A stretch of 20,000 nt of DNA, taken from the NCBI RefSeq assembly GCF_004010195.1, contig NC_057718.1, positions 34,850,198 to 34,870,197 on the forward strand, in the 5' to 3' direction. Below are positions 10,186 to 20,000 of the stretch, in pieces (positions within the stretch are counted from its first letter, which is position 1; each line of letters begins with the position of its first letter). Source of the DNA: Chiloscyllium plagiosum. Its lineage: Eukaryota. The notes under the pieces are model-generated. The model was not told the DNA's origin. It worked only from the letters and a program-made list of their open reading frames with translations, and searched no databases. A program made the position numbers and the translations under genes.

Positions 10186-11769
10186 TTCCTTTTGGTCCCA
10201 TTGATTCTTCATTCTGATGGTCCTGTATATCTCAAGAATTTGTATTTCCATAGATGACCAATAAAATTATGGCAGCCGTTGATCAGCCCTAATGTATATG
10301 TTGCGCCACCCTGTATTTATTCTGTCAAACTCTGGCCAGTTTGATGTAAGATTTCCACATTGTATACTTCTCGATTGTAAGAGCCTGCCTCAGGTTCCTA
10401 TGTTCAGGGCTGAAGAATTGGAGATATTCTTGCTCATTTCACAATACGCTGGCTCTAAAAAGATTTGGATGCTTCCATCATATCTCAGTGACCTAAGCTG
10501 AATATAATATTGTTAAATAATTTGGAAATTGCCCAGCATCTTTTATCGTCATAAAGACATTGGCCCATTATCTTTCTGAGGATCTTCATTGGGACGATGA
10601 GCATATTAATTGTGAAATGAGAGCAAACTATGATGGTACCAAAGGTGAGAGCTGAAGAGGGTGATGACCTAAGACTCCCCCACCCAGAGTATGAGACCAG
10701 GGGTATTTTAACTTTCCCTGACTGCCTTTACTTCGCCAACACTGATACCCCCTCTCAAAGCTGGCAGGCATTATTTGATACAGATGGTAAAATTAGAAAT
10801 ACATGAGGTTGGAAGGCAGGCCACCAAGAAAACGGAAGGGGATTGAAAAGGGTGATGAGACATTTATAAAATTCAGGAAGGTGGGAAAGCTCTGTGGAGT
10901 TGGGAGCAGCAATTTTGCTTCTTCTTACTTAAAGGGACCCTTGAGCAAAGCAGAAGTACCAAGAGTACTCACCTCTTGGGTAAACTACTAGCTGCTGCTA
11001 GTGACTGGTCTGAAATTGTACTGGACATTAACAGGGTGTGATTTTGGCATTTTAGTTAAGACCTTGGTCCCCTGATTGCAGATAAAGTTAAGGAGCAGGA
11101 GGGGGGCATTTTAATGTCCTGTGAATGGTCCTGATGAGAATAGGTGTATTAATATTCCCCTTGTACATGGGAGTTAATCCAGCACTTGCAAAAGTTTTTG
11201 GCACAATGATTTAATAGATTCTCATGATTGAGGTCAGTCTCAGATCTCTTCCATTATCATTGCAGCAGCAATTTGATTTAAAACTAAATCATGGGCTGGA
11301 TTTTATGTCCTTAGACAGCAGGTTCTCCAATGGGGCAAGGAGAGTAAATGTATGGCATGCTGTGCCCAGGACCTATTCTCTTCCATCGTGATTTTCCAGC
11401 GCAGGATAACCGCCAGAAGATCTGCCTATCTATCTGCCAGCGGCCATTCAATGGACATTTATGGGTCTCATCCCACCAATCAGCAGCCAGAGAGGTTCCA
11501 CGTGTACCTGGACAGCTTCCACTGCACAGGCTGGTGACGGACAAGGGCATTTTTCCCTTAACAGGCCCTTTAAACTCATTGGGAGCATTGCTCCCAGACT
11601 TCCCTCTGGTCCAGTCTCTTTCTGAGTATACCTTCCTGCAGAAGCAGCAGTGATGCTGTTGCTGATACTGGAGATACTGGTGACCTTCCCATGCTAGTCC
11701 TGCTAGATCATGGTTAGGTGGAAGGTCAACCATTTACATTGGATTAGGTAGGCACAAGGACTATTATGG

Positions 11770-11909
11770 TAAAAACAAGGACTGCAGATGCTGGAAGCCA
11801 GAGTCTAGATTAGAGTGGTGCTGGAAAAGCACAGCAGGTCAGGCAGCATCCGAGGAACAGGAAAATCGACGTTTCAGGAAAAAGCCCTTCATCAGGAATA
11901 GAGCTGTAT
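11770..11909 (-). mobile_element. Solo Penelope pLTR insert with 12-bp TSD and intact hammerhead core
   Basis: Flanked by ggactattatgg (11758-11769) and ggactgttatgg (11910-11921). The minus strand reads attcCTGATGAagggctttttcctGAAACGTCgatt. Confidence 0.85.
11864..11899 (-). ncRNA. Minimal type I hammerhead ribozyme motif
   Basis: CUGAUGA (11895-11889), stem II GGG/CCU, GAAAC-GUC (11875-11868) with the canonical GUC triplet, and imperfect helix I AUUC/GAUU. Confidence 0.55.
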
Positions 11910-12104
11910 GGACTGTTATGGGCACATCTTAGCCCTTATCTGTCCCAAAAAGCCATCAAATCCAACCTATACCTATCATTACAGGGCCATTTATCTGTTT
12001 GTCCAGCAACCTGGTGGATACTCATTTAAAACTAAAGGAGCTTACTTTTATATAGCTACAATATATGCCAAAATATTTCATAGCAAAGCTATAACATTTT
12101 CGAG

Positions 12105-12505
12105 CTATAGTCACTGTTGTAATGAGGGACAGCCAATTGGCACACAGAAAGGCCACAGACAGACAACTGTTCAATAAGTGAATGGTTAATCAGTTTTATT
12201 GATGTTGACAAAGGGCTCAGAGTTGGTAGGATACTGGGACAACTTCCCTACTCATCTTACTGCCATGGGACCTTTAATGTTCACCTGAGAAGACAGACAC
12301 ATATAGTGACTTGTTTTAGTAACCTGAAAGATGACAGAGGCAACAAGTTAGCACTCCCTCCTTACTGCTTTAATATGCTAATCTAGATCCCATGTTCTGG
12401 ATTAGTGGTGCTGGAAGAGCACAGCAGTTCAGGCAGCATCTGAGGAGCAGGATCCCATGTCCCCAGAGATCGAACCACAGTCACACAGGCACTACTGAGC
12501 CAAGA
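12105..12505 (-). mobile_element. Ancient DeuSINE-like (SacSINE1/AmnSINE-related) element, degenerate
   Basis: agtcactgttgtaatg..cagccaattggcacacag...gatgttga...tgccatgggacctttaatgttcacctgaga...gcactccctc, ending in an antisense tRNA-like head (gatcgaacc...ctactgagcca). Recognised from memory of the Deu-domain consensus. Confidence 0.6.
12396..12450 (-). mobile_element. 55-bp Penelope pLTR micro-insert with perfect 10-bp TSD
   Basis: gatcccatgt at 12386-12395 and 12451-12460. The insert matches the pLTR at ~11804-11860. Confidence 0.85.
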
Positions 12506-13810
12506 GTGACTAAGCCTGTTTGGCAGATACTCCAGTGGTATGTTATCTCTCTGCCTGGTTTCTCTCACCCACTTTACCATTTGCCCAGTAGAGAATGACC
12601 AGAGGTTTTGGAAGCTGCTAAAGTAGAAGTTGCTGTGGATTTGCAAAGCTCACTAGATCGATACATATGAAGCTTTCAGAAGGGATAATGTGGGCACTCC
12701 AGGCTGGATAGGTGACATGTATCAATGAAGAGAGAGAGAAAATTCTATCTGAAATTCTCTTAATTGTCCCCCCCCCCCTCCCCCTTTTCACAGAATACAG
12801 TCTGAGGAGAGGATCTGAGTAAGTCCTGTCTCCACCTCCACTCCATTAGGAGTGGGTCTGTTGGATTTTCCTAAGACAGTCTGGACAGAGTCTGTAGAAG
12901 TCAGATGCCCTCCCATAAACTTTACAAAATCCATTGGGTTCATGTTCCGAAGATGTTTGTGGCCAACAAACCTCAAACAGCATGCCATTATATCTGATGT
13001 CAACATCAGATGTAAGATACGCTTGGATTTGTTCAAAAGTTATGGCTTCTTATTAATCAGTTGAAAGAGCAAAGGAAAACATATATCAGATTTTACTCTA
13101 GAACTCCTCCCCCTGCAACAAACATGCTGCAATAACTCAAACGGAATAAAGCACTGTTCGTCGCGAATACATAGCATTAAATCATTCTCAATAAATCAAG
13201 GCTTTTGCAAGCAAGCCACAGAAAAGTTTTTTTTCTACTCTGAAGACCCAATTGTAAGTCCCTGCTCCAATCCAGCACTCCTCACCATGTCCAGAAAGAA
13301 TGGAATATTTCAACTTGTAACTTATTGGCAGTACGGCACTCAATAGGTATATATGCACCATGTGATGTAGCCAGCTTTGTCAAACAGACCTCGAAACACA
13401 AGGAGAATATCAGGGAGACTGACCAGAAGTTAAACTCATTTAATTGTTTATTAAAACTTTCAAAGCAAGCATTTCTGCTTCGCTGGTTTCCATAAAGATT
13501 CTTTAGGTTTAATTTGCCCCAGGATTCTAATGTCTATCTCAAAGCAATTTTCCAGCCTCCCTCCTCCATATCTCATCTATCTCCTTCATTTATGCTGCTG
13601 CAAAAGATTCCTGCAATGTTCACTCACTACCATCCACTAAAGCCATGCCATTAACAATAAAGCTTGGGTGGGAGTCAGGCCCAACCAGTTGAAATACAAT
13701 GCAGGAGTTCAAATGACTCAGGCCCCTTTTTAACAGATCTCAGGTTTATCTGCTCACCACATGCCCCCACTTAAAAATCTCAGATCAAATTTTCTTTCTT
13801 TTTCTCATAC

Positions 13811-13884
13811 CTCTTTCAAAGACTCTCATCCTCGTGGTCAAATCTCTTTGTCTTTTCATTGTACTTAGGTCAAAAGTGGAAGGT
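13811..13884 (-). CDS. Candidate coding exon C (PSTFDLSTMKRQRDLTTRMRVFER)
   Basis: Acceptor aatttgatgcag|, strong donor GAG|GTATGA, 74 nt. The only stop-free frame is phase 2 in / phase 1 out, exactly what exons B and D require. Confidence 0.6.
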
Positions 13885-14178
13885 CTGCATCAAATTGTTT
13901 GATGAGGGCAAAAGACGCAAGCAAAACACATTGGAAATTCCTTCATCACCTTATGAAGGTTAAAGTTGGGATGATTGATATAAAACATGGCCTTAGCACA
14001 TCCTTACAATGAAGCAGATTAAGTTAATTGGGAATTGTTACCTTTAAGGCATATATTTTATAGATCGGTTTTACTTTGCAAGCATATTGAATACATGTGC
14101 AGATGACTGTTATGTTTTGGAAGCCTTTAAGACACAACTAAATGTGTTGTCTATTAGTACACATTTTACAACTCTTGC

Positions 14179-14264
14179 CGACTGATCGAGTCCTTGATCA
14201 GATATGTCTGCTGTCTTGTGGTTGGACTTTCTTCTGCTGTTAGCAGCTGCTGCCTGCATTCTTC
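14179..14264 (-). CDS. Candidate coding exon B (EECRQQLLTAEESPTTRQQTYLIKDSISR)
   Basis: Acceptor tgtttctttcattGAGCAG|, phase 0 in. The donor is either CG|GCAAGA (exon end 14179) or TT|GTAAAA (end 14170); both are phase 2. Confidence 0.55.
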
Positions 14265-15322
14265 CTGCTCAATGAAAGAAACAGCAACATGATATATAAG
14301 ATACAGCAGGCAGTTATAAATCTGGATGTCTTAGAAATGCTGTACTGTCTACCTTCGAAACTTGCGTTCTTTACTTCCAAGACCAATGCAGGATGATCAT
14401 TAGGATACCCAAATCTTATTTAAAGTGAGCTCAGGTTCAGGATCTCTAGCTAATACCAACCAATGATAAATGAGGTGCGGCATGAAGAAGGTGATAGCAG
14501 TTACAATAAAGATAGCCCCAGGAAATAATTAAAGTCTCCCTTACCTAATAGTTGCTATTGATGTAATTAACAACCATTATTAAACAGGAACCAATTGGCT
14601 GAATGAGTCAACAACCCATTCAGTCACTCACTGCTCAATTATTTCAAAATGGATGCGGGTTAACTTCGACAACTGTGATTGACAAATTAGACAGCAGTAA
14701 CAGAGATGACATTTGTTTTATAGAACTCTGAAAATTAAAGGATTACACAGAGAAGGAAGGATATAGAGCTACAGCAAAGTGACCTTCTGTTACTTTTACA
14801 TTAATGCATAGACTGGGGAGGAACCATGGTGAAATCATGTGCCTGGCACTATCTGAATCCCACACAGTGTTCTGCCGGAGGGATATTTATTCCACACTTG
14901 AAAGGTATTTCTAGTCTAAACAAAACAATGAAATGTGAAGGGGGTTTAGAACAAAAGTGAAGCTAGCTATGCTAATTCTGATAGACAGCCATCTGTCTCT
15001 CTTTCAATTCCTCCAGTCAGTGTGTGATTAGAAACAACAGCAACCCTCACAGAGCTTACTACAACCAGCCTTAATCATAATACATTGATGGATCTGTGTT
15101 TGGAAAGTGCATAGAAGTCTCTAAGAGTTAGGTAAACGCCATGCTGGAGTGCCTGGAATGTTCAGTCTCTTCTCAATACATTCGAAAATATAATTATTAG
15201 ACTTGGTGAACAGTATTCCTGAAGCTAAGTTATTATTGAAAATGTTTGTACTGTTGTAATATATATTACAGAGCACTTCAATCTCCTTTTCTCCCCGCCT
15301 ATTCTGAAAATTATAGTCGTAC

Positions 15323-15451
15323 ATCAAACATTTGATAATAGGAAATAACATTTTTGTAAAATCCTGTACTTCTGACTTCATCTGACTTTCCACTTCGGCT
15401 TGTTATTCCTTGGATCCAGCCTTCATTCCTCTGGCACTCTGTTAGTTTATT
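15323..15451 (-). CDS. Candidate coding exon A (NKLTECQRNEGWIQGITSRSGKSDEVRSTGFYKNVISYYQMFD)
   Basis: Acceptor tgacttctcatag|, donor GAT|GTACGA, 129 nt, phase 0/0. The other two frames contain stops. Confidence 0.55.
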
Positions 15452-15624
15452 CTATGAGAAGTCATGGTCACAGGTCTTATATTGAGCTCGTTGATCTCAA
15501 TAGTTTATTTTTAGCATATCTTCATACACTCTGTTTTCTTTTTGGAGAATAGTGGGAGGTAGCGGAATGAATGCCAGTCTGATTATCAGCCTGAATTTTA
15601 AATATTCTTTCTGTGATCAGCAAG

Positions 15625-15698
15625 TTCTGTCATCGGACATCAACCTGGGTTTTTAGGGCCCAATGGTAGATGCTTTGCCACTGCACCACAAGACCTCC
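15625..15698 (-). mobile_element. tRNA-derived SINE head fragment
   Basis: Minus strand ggaggtcttgtggtgcagtggcaaagcatctacc...ccaggttgatgtcc, with A- and B-box-like motifs; similar to 4134-4200. Confidence 0.5.
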
Positions 15699-16610
15699 TA
15701 GCACTACATTCAGCGTGTGCCCCAAGTTAAGCACCCACCCCAACAATATCTGATTTAAACATTGGTAGATATATCTGTTACATGATAGGGCACTGTATAA
15801 GTGCTGCTGCTGTAAATTGTCTTCTTGAGTGCGATGGGCTGCACAATGTTCAATGGACAAAGCTGTCAGGAGTGCTTCCCTATTCTAGCAAGTACTGGTA
15901 GCTAAATATCAGGATTTGGAATTTCCACTAAATTGCACTTAGTTTTCCGAATGCAAGTAAACCGAAGCAGCCCAAAAAAATCAAGGAATGTCAAGTGCAA
16001 GTTACATCGAGTGTCTGGTTGTTTAATAGGCATGGAAGCAGACCCTCCTCATGATGAACTATTCATTATTGCAAGTTTCTATAACAGCTATTTGTTCATG
16101 TGTCTTCCAAAGCGCTGTTAAAATTAAATTATCTTATTAGGTTTAAGGAATGTAATGGGCATCTTTTAAAAAGCATTTTCTTTTTGATTTTACTAATGAA
16201 CTGACTAGACCATACCAATTAAACCAGTGAATGGTTTTGTGTAGTTTTTGTAAAATCACTTTCAGCTATTCAATATCAGGTTCCTCCCAGATTGTTAATG
16301 AGCCACACTTCTCTTTTTGTAAGAAACCCATTTTGGTTGTCTTAATAAAATAGAGCATGATGTTGACATGGGCATGGTTGAATAATGGATGTCATAGAGG
16401 GGTTGAAAATGACCTACAGTAGGTATATGGGGACAGCACAAAATGCACTAACATGTCATACATGACAACAGATCTCCTGGTAGGAGTGACTAGAAGCAGC
16501 AGCTGCAGCAGAATTAAAATGCACCAAATTAGCAGTCCCTAGTATATCAAGGATGACCTTGAACACAAAATTTCAAAAAATAAATTAGATCCCAAGATAT
16601 TGTCCGACTA

Positions 16611-16862
16611 TCATAGAATCACAGAATCTCTACTGTGTGGAAGCAGGCCATTTGTCCCATCAGGTTTACACCGACCCTCCAAAGAATATTCCATGCAGAT
16701 CCAACCTCCCTACTCCCTCCCTGTAACCCTGTATTTCCCATGGTTAATCGATCTAGACTGCATATCCCTGGACACAACGGGTAATTTCTCATGGCCAATC
16801 CACCTAACCTGCACATCTTTGAACTGTGGGAGGAAACTGAAGCAACCGGAGGAAACCCGTGC
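16611..16862 (-). mobile_element. HE1-type SINE, 5'-truncated
   Basis: Antisense tail catagaatcacagaatctctactgtgtggaagcaggcc and core catggccaatccacctaacctgcacatctttgaactgtgggaggaaac. Confidence 0.88.
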
Positions 16863-17163
16863 TCGTTCATCTACAAGCGAGTTTGGAAAGAAATTCAAAG
16901 AATAAAATGCATGTTTCAAAATTTGCCTAATGTTGAGCAACGTTTGCACCTGAATTGGTAATTTTGCACAAAGTAGAAATCTTCACCTGTATGTTTTGTA
17001 GATTTTAATGTATGTGTCAAATATAATACTTGTGACACTAAACTCAGCAAGACTAATTATGCGCTATCTCTGTAAAAATATCAAATGACAGAAATGCTTC
17101 CCGCATCATCCCACTACATCGAATCCAACCACATTCATCTCTTGACACTCCCTACCAACCCCT

Positions 17164-17745
17164 CATAGAACATAGAACAGTACAGCATAGGAACAGGCCC
17201 TTCAGCCCACCATGTCTGTGCCAACCATGATGCTATTCTAATCTAATCTAATCCTATCTGCCCGCACGTAATCCATATCCCTCTATTCTCATGTGTCTGT
17301 CAAAATACATCTTAAATGTTGCTATCATATCTGCTTCTAACACCTCCCCTGGCAGTATGTTCCTAAACCTAAACCTCCATTTAAACAACTTGTCTCATTT
17401 AAATTTTCCTCCAGTCATCTTAAGCCAACGGTCCCTAGCGTTTGACATTCCCGCCTTTCGACAAAGACTCTGATTATCCACTCTGATCATTTTATATCTT
17501 TCAATCAGGTCATCCCTCGACCTCCAGCGCTCCAGCGAAAACAATCTAAGTTTGTCCAGCATCTCCTTATACATTCTAATCTGGGCAAACCTCTTTTGCA
17601 TCAGTTCCAAAACCTCCTCATTCTTCCTATAGTGTGGCAAACAGAACTGCACACAATAATCCACATGTGGCCCAACTAAAATTTTATATAGCTGCAACAT
17701 GATTTGTCAATGTTTCTACTCAATGCCACTTATCTAATTCCTGAG
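17164..17745 (-). mobile_element. CR1-clade LINE 3' fragment
   Basis: ORF 17395..17700 reads MLQLYKILVGPHVDYCVQFCLPHYRK..LELMQKRF..LRLFSLE. The tail is catagaacatagaacagtacagcataggaacaggcc. Confidence 0.9.
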
Positions 17746-18059
17746 CACTGTTCCTGTGTGTCCCGAGCCATGGTCTCTGGACATCAAATTCCTCTTCCTT
17801 CTGTTTGGCTGGACACTGAGTCATACTGCAGTATGGTACAGTGAGGGTCAGAGCTTGATCATGGAAATGAGGCCCACGAGTTCAAATCTCTCTGGACCTC
17901 GATGTATGAGTCTGTCAAACCCCAACCTCCGTATTCTAGCCCCTTTTGATGCAACGATTATGCATGGACTCAAAATGCTAGCTGCTGTTTTCAAAATGTT
18001 GTACACATTGTAATTTCAAGCAGAACACAAATCAGAACCATATTAAAATCCTAGTTTGT

Positions 18060-18300
18060 GGACTGACTGTGTGGAGTTTGCACGTTCTCCCCGTGTCTGC
18101 GTGGGTTTCCTCCGGGTGCTCCGGTTTCCTCCCACAATCCAAAAATGTGCAGGTCTGGTGAATTGGCCATGCTAAATTGCCCGTAATGTTAGGTAAGGGG
18201 TAAATGTAGGGGTATGGGTGGGTTACACTTCAGCGGGTCGGTGTGGACTTGTTGGGCCGAAGGGCCTGTTTCCACACTGTAATGTAATCTAATCTAATCT
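18060..18300 (+). mobile_element. HE1-type SINE, 5'-truncated, relatively young
   Basis: gactgactgtgtggagtttgcacgttctccccgtgtctgcgtgggtttcctccgggtgctccgg... with CpGs retained and a (taatc)n tail. Confidence 0.92.
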
Positions 18301-18437
18301 TGTATTGAAGCAAATATGTAAGAATGGGATGAAACCTCCCCACTTTAGGATTTATATACATTTTGTTGGGTGTAAATTTAATCACTGTGCACCTACCTCT
18401 GAATTAAATTAATCATGGCTTTATCATCTATGTTATG

Positions 18438-18562
18438 GAGAAAGTGAGGTCTGCAGATGCTGGAGATCAGAGCTGAAGAAGGACTTATGCCCGAAACGTC
18501 GATTCTCCTGTTCCCTGGATGCTGCCTGACCTGCTGCGCTGTTCCAGCAACACATTTTCAGC
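18438..18562 (+). mobile_element. Small Penelope pLTR insert with an inverted 5' arm and perfect 14-bp TSD; hammerhead core
   Basis: tcatctatgttatg at 18424-18437 and 18563-18576. Contains CTGAAGA-aggacttatgccc-GAAACGTC at 18473-18500. Confidence 0.88.
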
Positions 18563-18610
18563 TCATCTATGTTATGTACAGGAATAGGAGAGAACTGAAA
18601 TTTGAGTACT

Positions 18611-18900
18611 GGGGTGGCATGGTGGCTCAGTGGTTAGCACTGCTGTCTCACAGTACCAGAGTCCCAGGTTCAATTCCAGCCTCTGTGTGGAGTTTGCACA
18701 TTCTCCTCGTGTCTGTGTGGGTTTCCTCTCACAGTCCAAAGATGTGTGGGTCAGGTGAATTGGCCATGCTAAATTGTCCATAGTGTTAGGTGCATTAGTG
18801 AGAGGGAAATTGGTCTGGGTGGGTTACTCTTCGGAGGGTTGGTGTGGACTTGTTGGGCCAAAGGGCCTGTTTCCACACTGTCGGGAATCTATTCTAATCT
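18611..18900 (+). mobile_element. HE1-type SINE, full length
   Basis: Head ggtggctcagtggttagcactgc...ccaggttcaattcc, V-domain core, and tail ttgggccaaagggcctgtttccacactgt..tctattctaatct. Confidence 0.92.
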
Positions 18901-19614
18901 TTATTCCTTTTCCTTACTATAGTCGCTGTGTTGTTTTTGAACAGGAGGACATGTTTGATTTCTGTTTTTAAATCCTTGAGCGTGTGAACAATTTGAGGAT
19001 CCAGCAGCAGGCCTTTCCTGGGTTTAATTAAAGAGCATTATTTATTTACAAACCTCTAAATATTGAATACAATCCCACCCACTCACAAATAGTTATTAAG
19101 AAACCATCAGTTAAAGAGAATAGTTCACTTTTACAAATTATGAACAACTAAATCATTCATAATTCGCATGATCAGTTTATCTTGGAAGATACACTTTACA
19201 GGCCTGATGAAATGATTGCTTTAATTCCCAAAATGCAGCTGACTGAATTCATTGGCCTACGTTGGAAATTGGAGTTGTTGCAGGATTCTCTGGAAGAGAT
19301 GGACTTCCTGCATGTTATGGATTTAGATACTTGTACCCTCCTTACCAGGAAGTCAGTTTGCAATATTGTTAGACTTATCAAGGAGCAGAGTTGGACAAGT
19401 CATTATGTTAGAGTTTCCAGTTCTTAAGTCATGGAAATTATGGCCATTTCTGCTGCTGCTCTTTCTGCTTTGTTGAATTGCTATGCTTTTCTGAGGACAG
19501 CACTAAAAGATTAAAAAGGGATGCTCACTTGACTACCTCACATCAGGGTTTCCCAAAATTCCCTTTCTGAATATCATATTGGATTGACATTGATTAGCAA
19601 CATGCTGGAATTAA

Positions 19615-20000
19615 AACCCCAACCTCGCTATCAAACCGGCAGACAAGGGAGGCGCGGTGGTAGTTTGGTGCACCGATCTTTACATTGCTGAGGCTAAACG
19701 CCAGCTCACGGACACCTCCTCCTACTGCCCCCTTGACCATGACCCCACCTCCCACCACCAAACCACCATCTCCCAGACCATCCATAACCTCATCACCTCA
19801 GGGGACCTCCCATCCACCGCCTCCAACCTCATAGTCTCACAACCCCGCACCGCCTGTTTCTACCTCCTGCCCAAAATCCACAAACCTGACTGTCCCGGCC
19901 GACCCATTGTCTCAGCCTGCTCCTGCCCCACCGAACTCATCTCTGCATACCTCGACACGGTCCTGTCCCCCTTAGTCCAAGAACTCCCCACCTACGTTCG
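19615..20000 (+). mobile_element. Penelope-like element reverse transcriptase region, 5'-truncated, open frame to the window end
   Basis: 128 stop-free codons: NPNLAIKPADKGGAVVVW...EAKRQL...FYLLPKIHKPDCPGRPIVSACSCPTELISAYLDTVLSPLVQELPTYV. KPADKG, LPKIHK and RPIVS are PLE RT hallmarks. Confidence 0.95.

Larger units (their letters stand above)
11292..11936. mobile_element. Possible old non-autonomous DNA transposon (Harbinger/MITE-like) relic
   Basis: A GC-richer block starts gggctggattttatg and may end atcttagccc. Only ~5 bp of clear terminal inversion is visible. Confidence 0.3.

Noticed and set aside
10190..10620. Possible upstream gag or 5' LTR of the Gypsy relic
   Set aside because: Only a vague KFLRY..NEES resemblance, and no visible match to the 5818-6308 LTR.
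11311..11733. Overlapping 140-aa and 101-aa ORFs
   Set aside because: They lie in a GC-richer repeat-like block with no domain or splice evidence.
12767..12790. Poly-C tract as a G-quadruplex or regulatory element
   Set aside because: A simple homopolymer with no supporting context.
13286..13389. Candidate minus-strand exon with donor TG|GTGAGG
   Set aside because: It has a rare GAG acceptor, and its only open frame is phase 0 in / phase 2 out, incompatible with the phase-1 end of exon C.
14179..15451. Faint resemblance of MFDEECRQQLL..EESPT to vinculin/alpha-catenin tail helices
   Set aside because: Too few matching residues by eye, so no gene symbol is assigned without a profile search.
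18611..18680. tRNA gene
   Set aside because: The A/B boxes belong to the tRNA-derived head of an HE1 SINE and continue directly into the SINE body.
1..20000. CRISPR array or prokaryotic defence system
   Set aside because: There are no regularly spaced direct repeats or operon-like ORFs. The recurring motifs are dispersed eukaryotic TEs.

Overview
Eukaryotic sequence, very probably shark (elasmobranch): it carries HE1-type SINEs and CR1/HER1 LINEs. Most of the window is intronic and rich in transposable elements; there are no prokaryote-type genes or CRISPR arrays. (1) Five short, phase-compatible candidate coding exons on the minus strand (15451-15323, 14264-14179, 13884-13811, 3064-2913, 52-1) splice into a ~164-aa open frame of a gene I cannot name. 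A stop-riddled 85-bp copy of part of one exon lies at 1542-1626. (2) An old, degenerate Ty3/Gypsy LTR retrotransposon lies on the minus strand (~5818-10030: gag zinc knuckle, protease, integrase, putative 3' LTR). It lacks RT/RNase H and is split by nested CR1 and Penelope insertions. (3) There are many Penelope-like element (PLE) pieces: a GIY-YIG fragment with inverted pLTRs, an uninterrupted RT frame at the right edge, and tiny TSD-flanked pLTR inserts. Several keep minimal hammerhead ribozyme cores. (4) CR1 3' fragments, four HE1 SINEs and a DeuSINE-like relic make up the rest. All calls are by eye; family assignments come from recalled motifs, not database searches.
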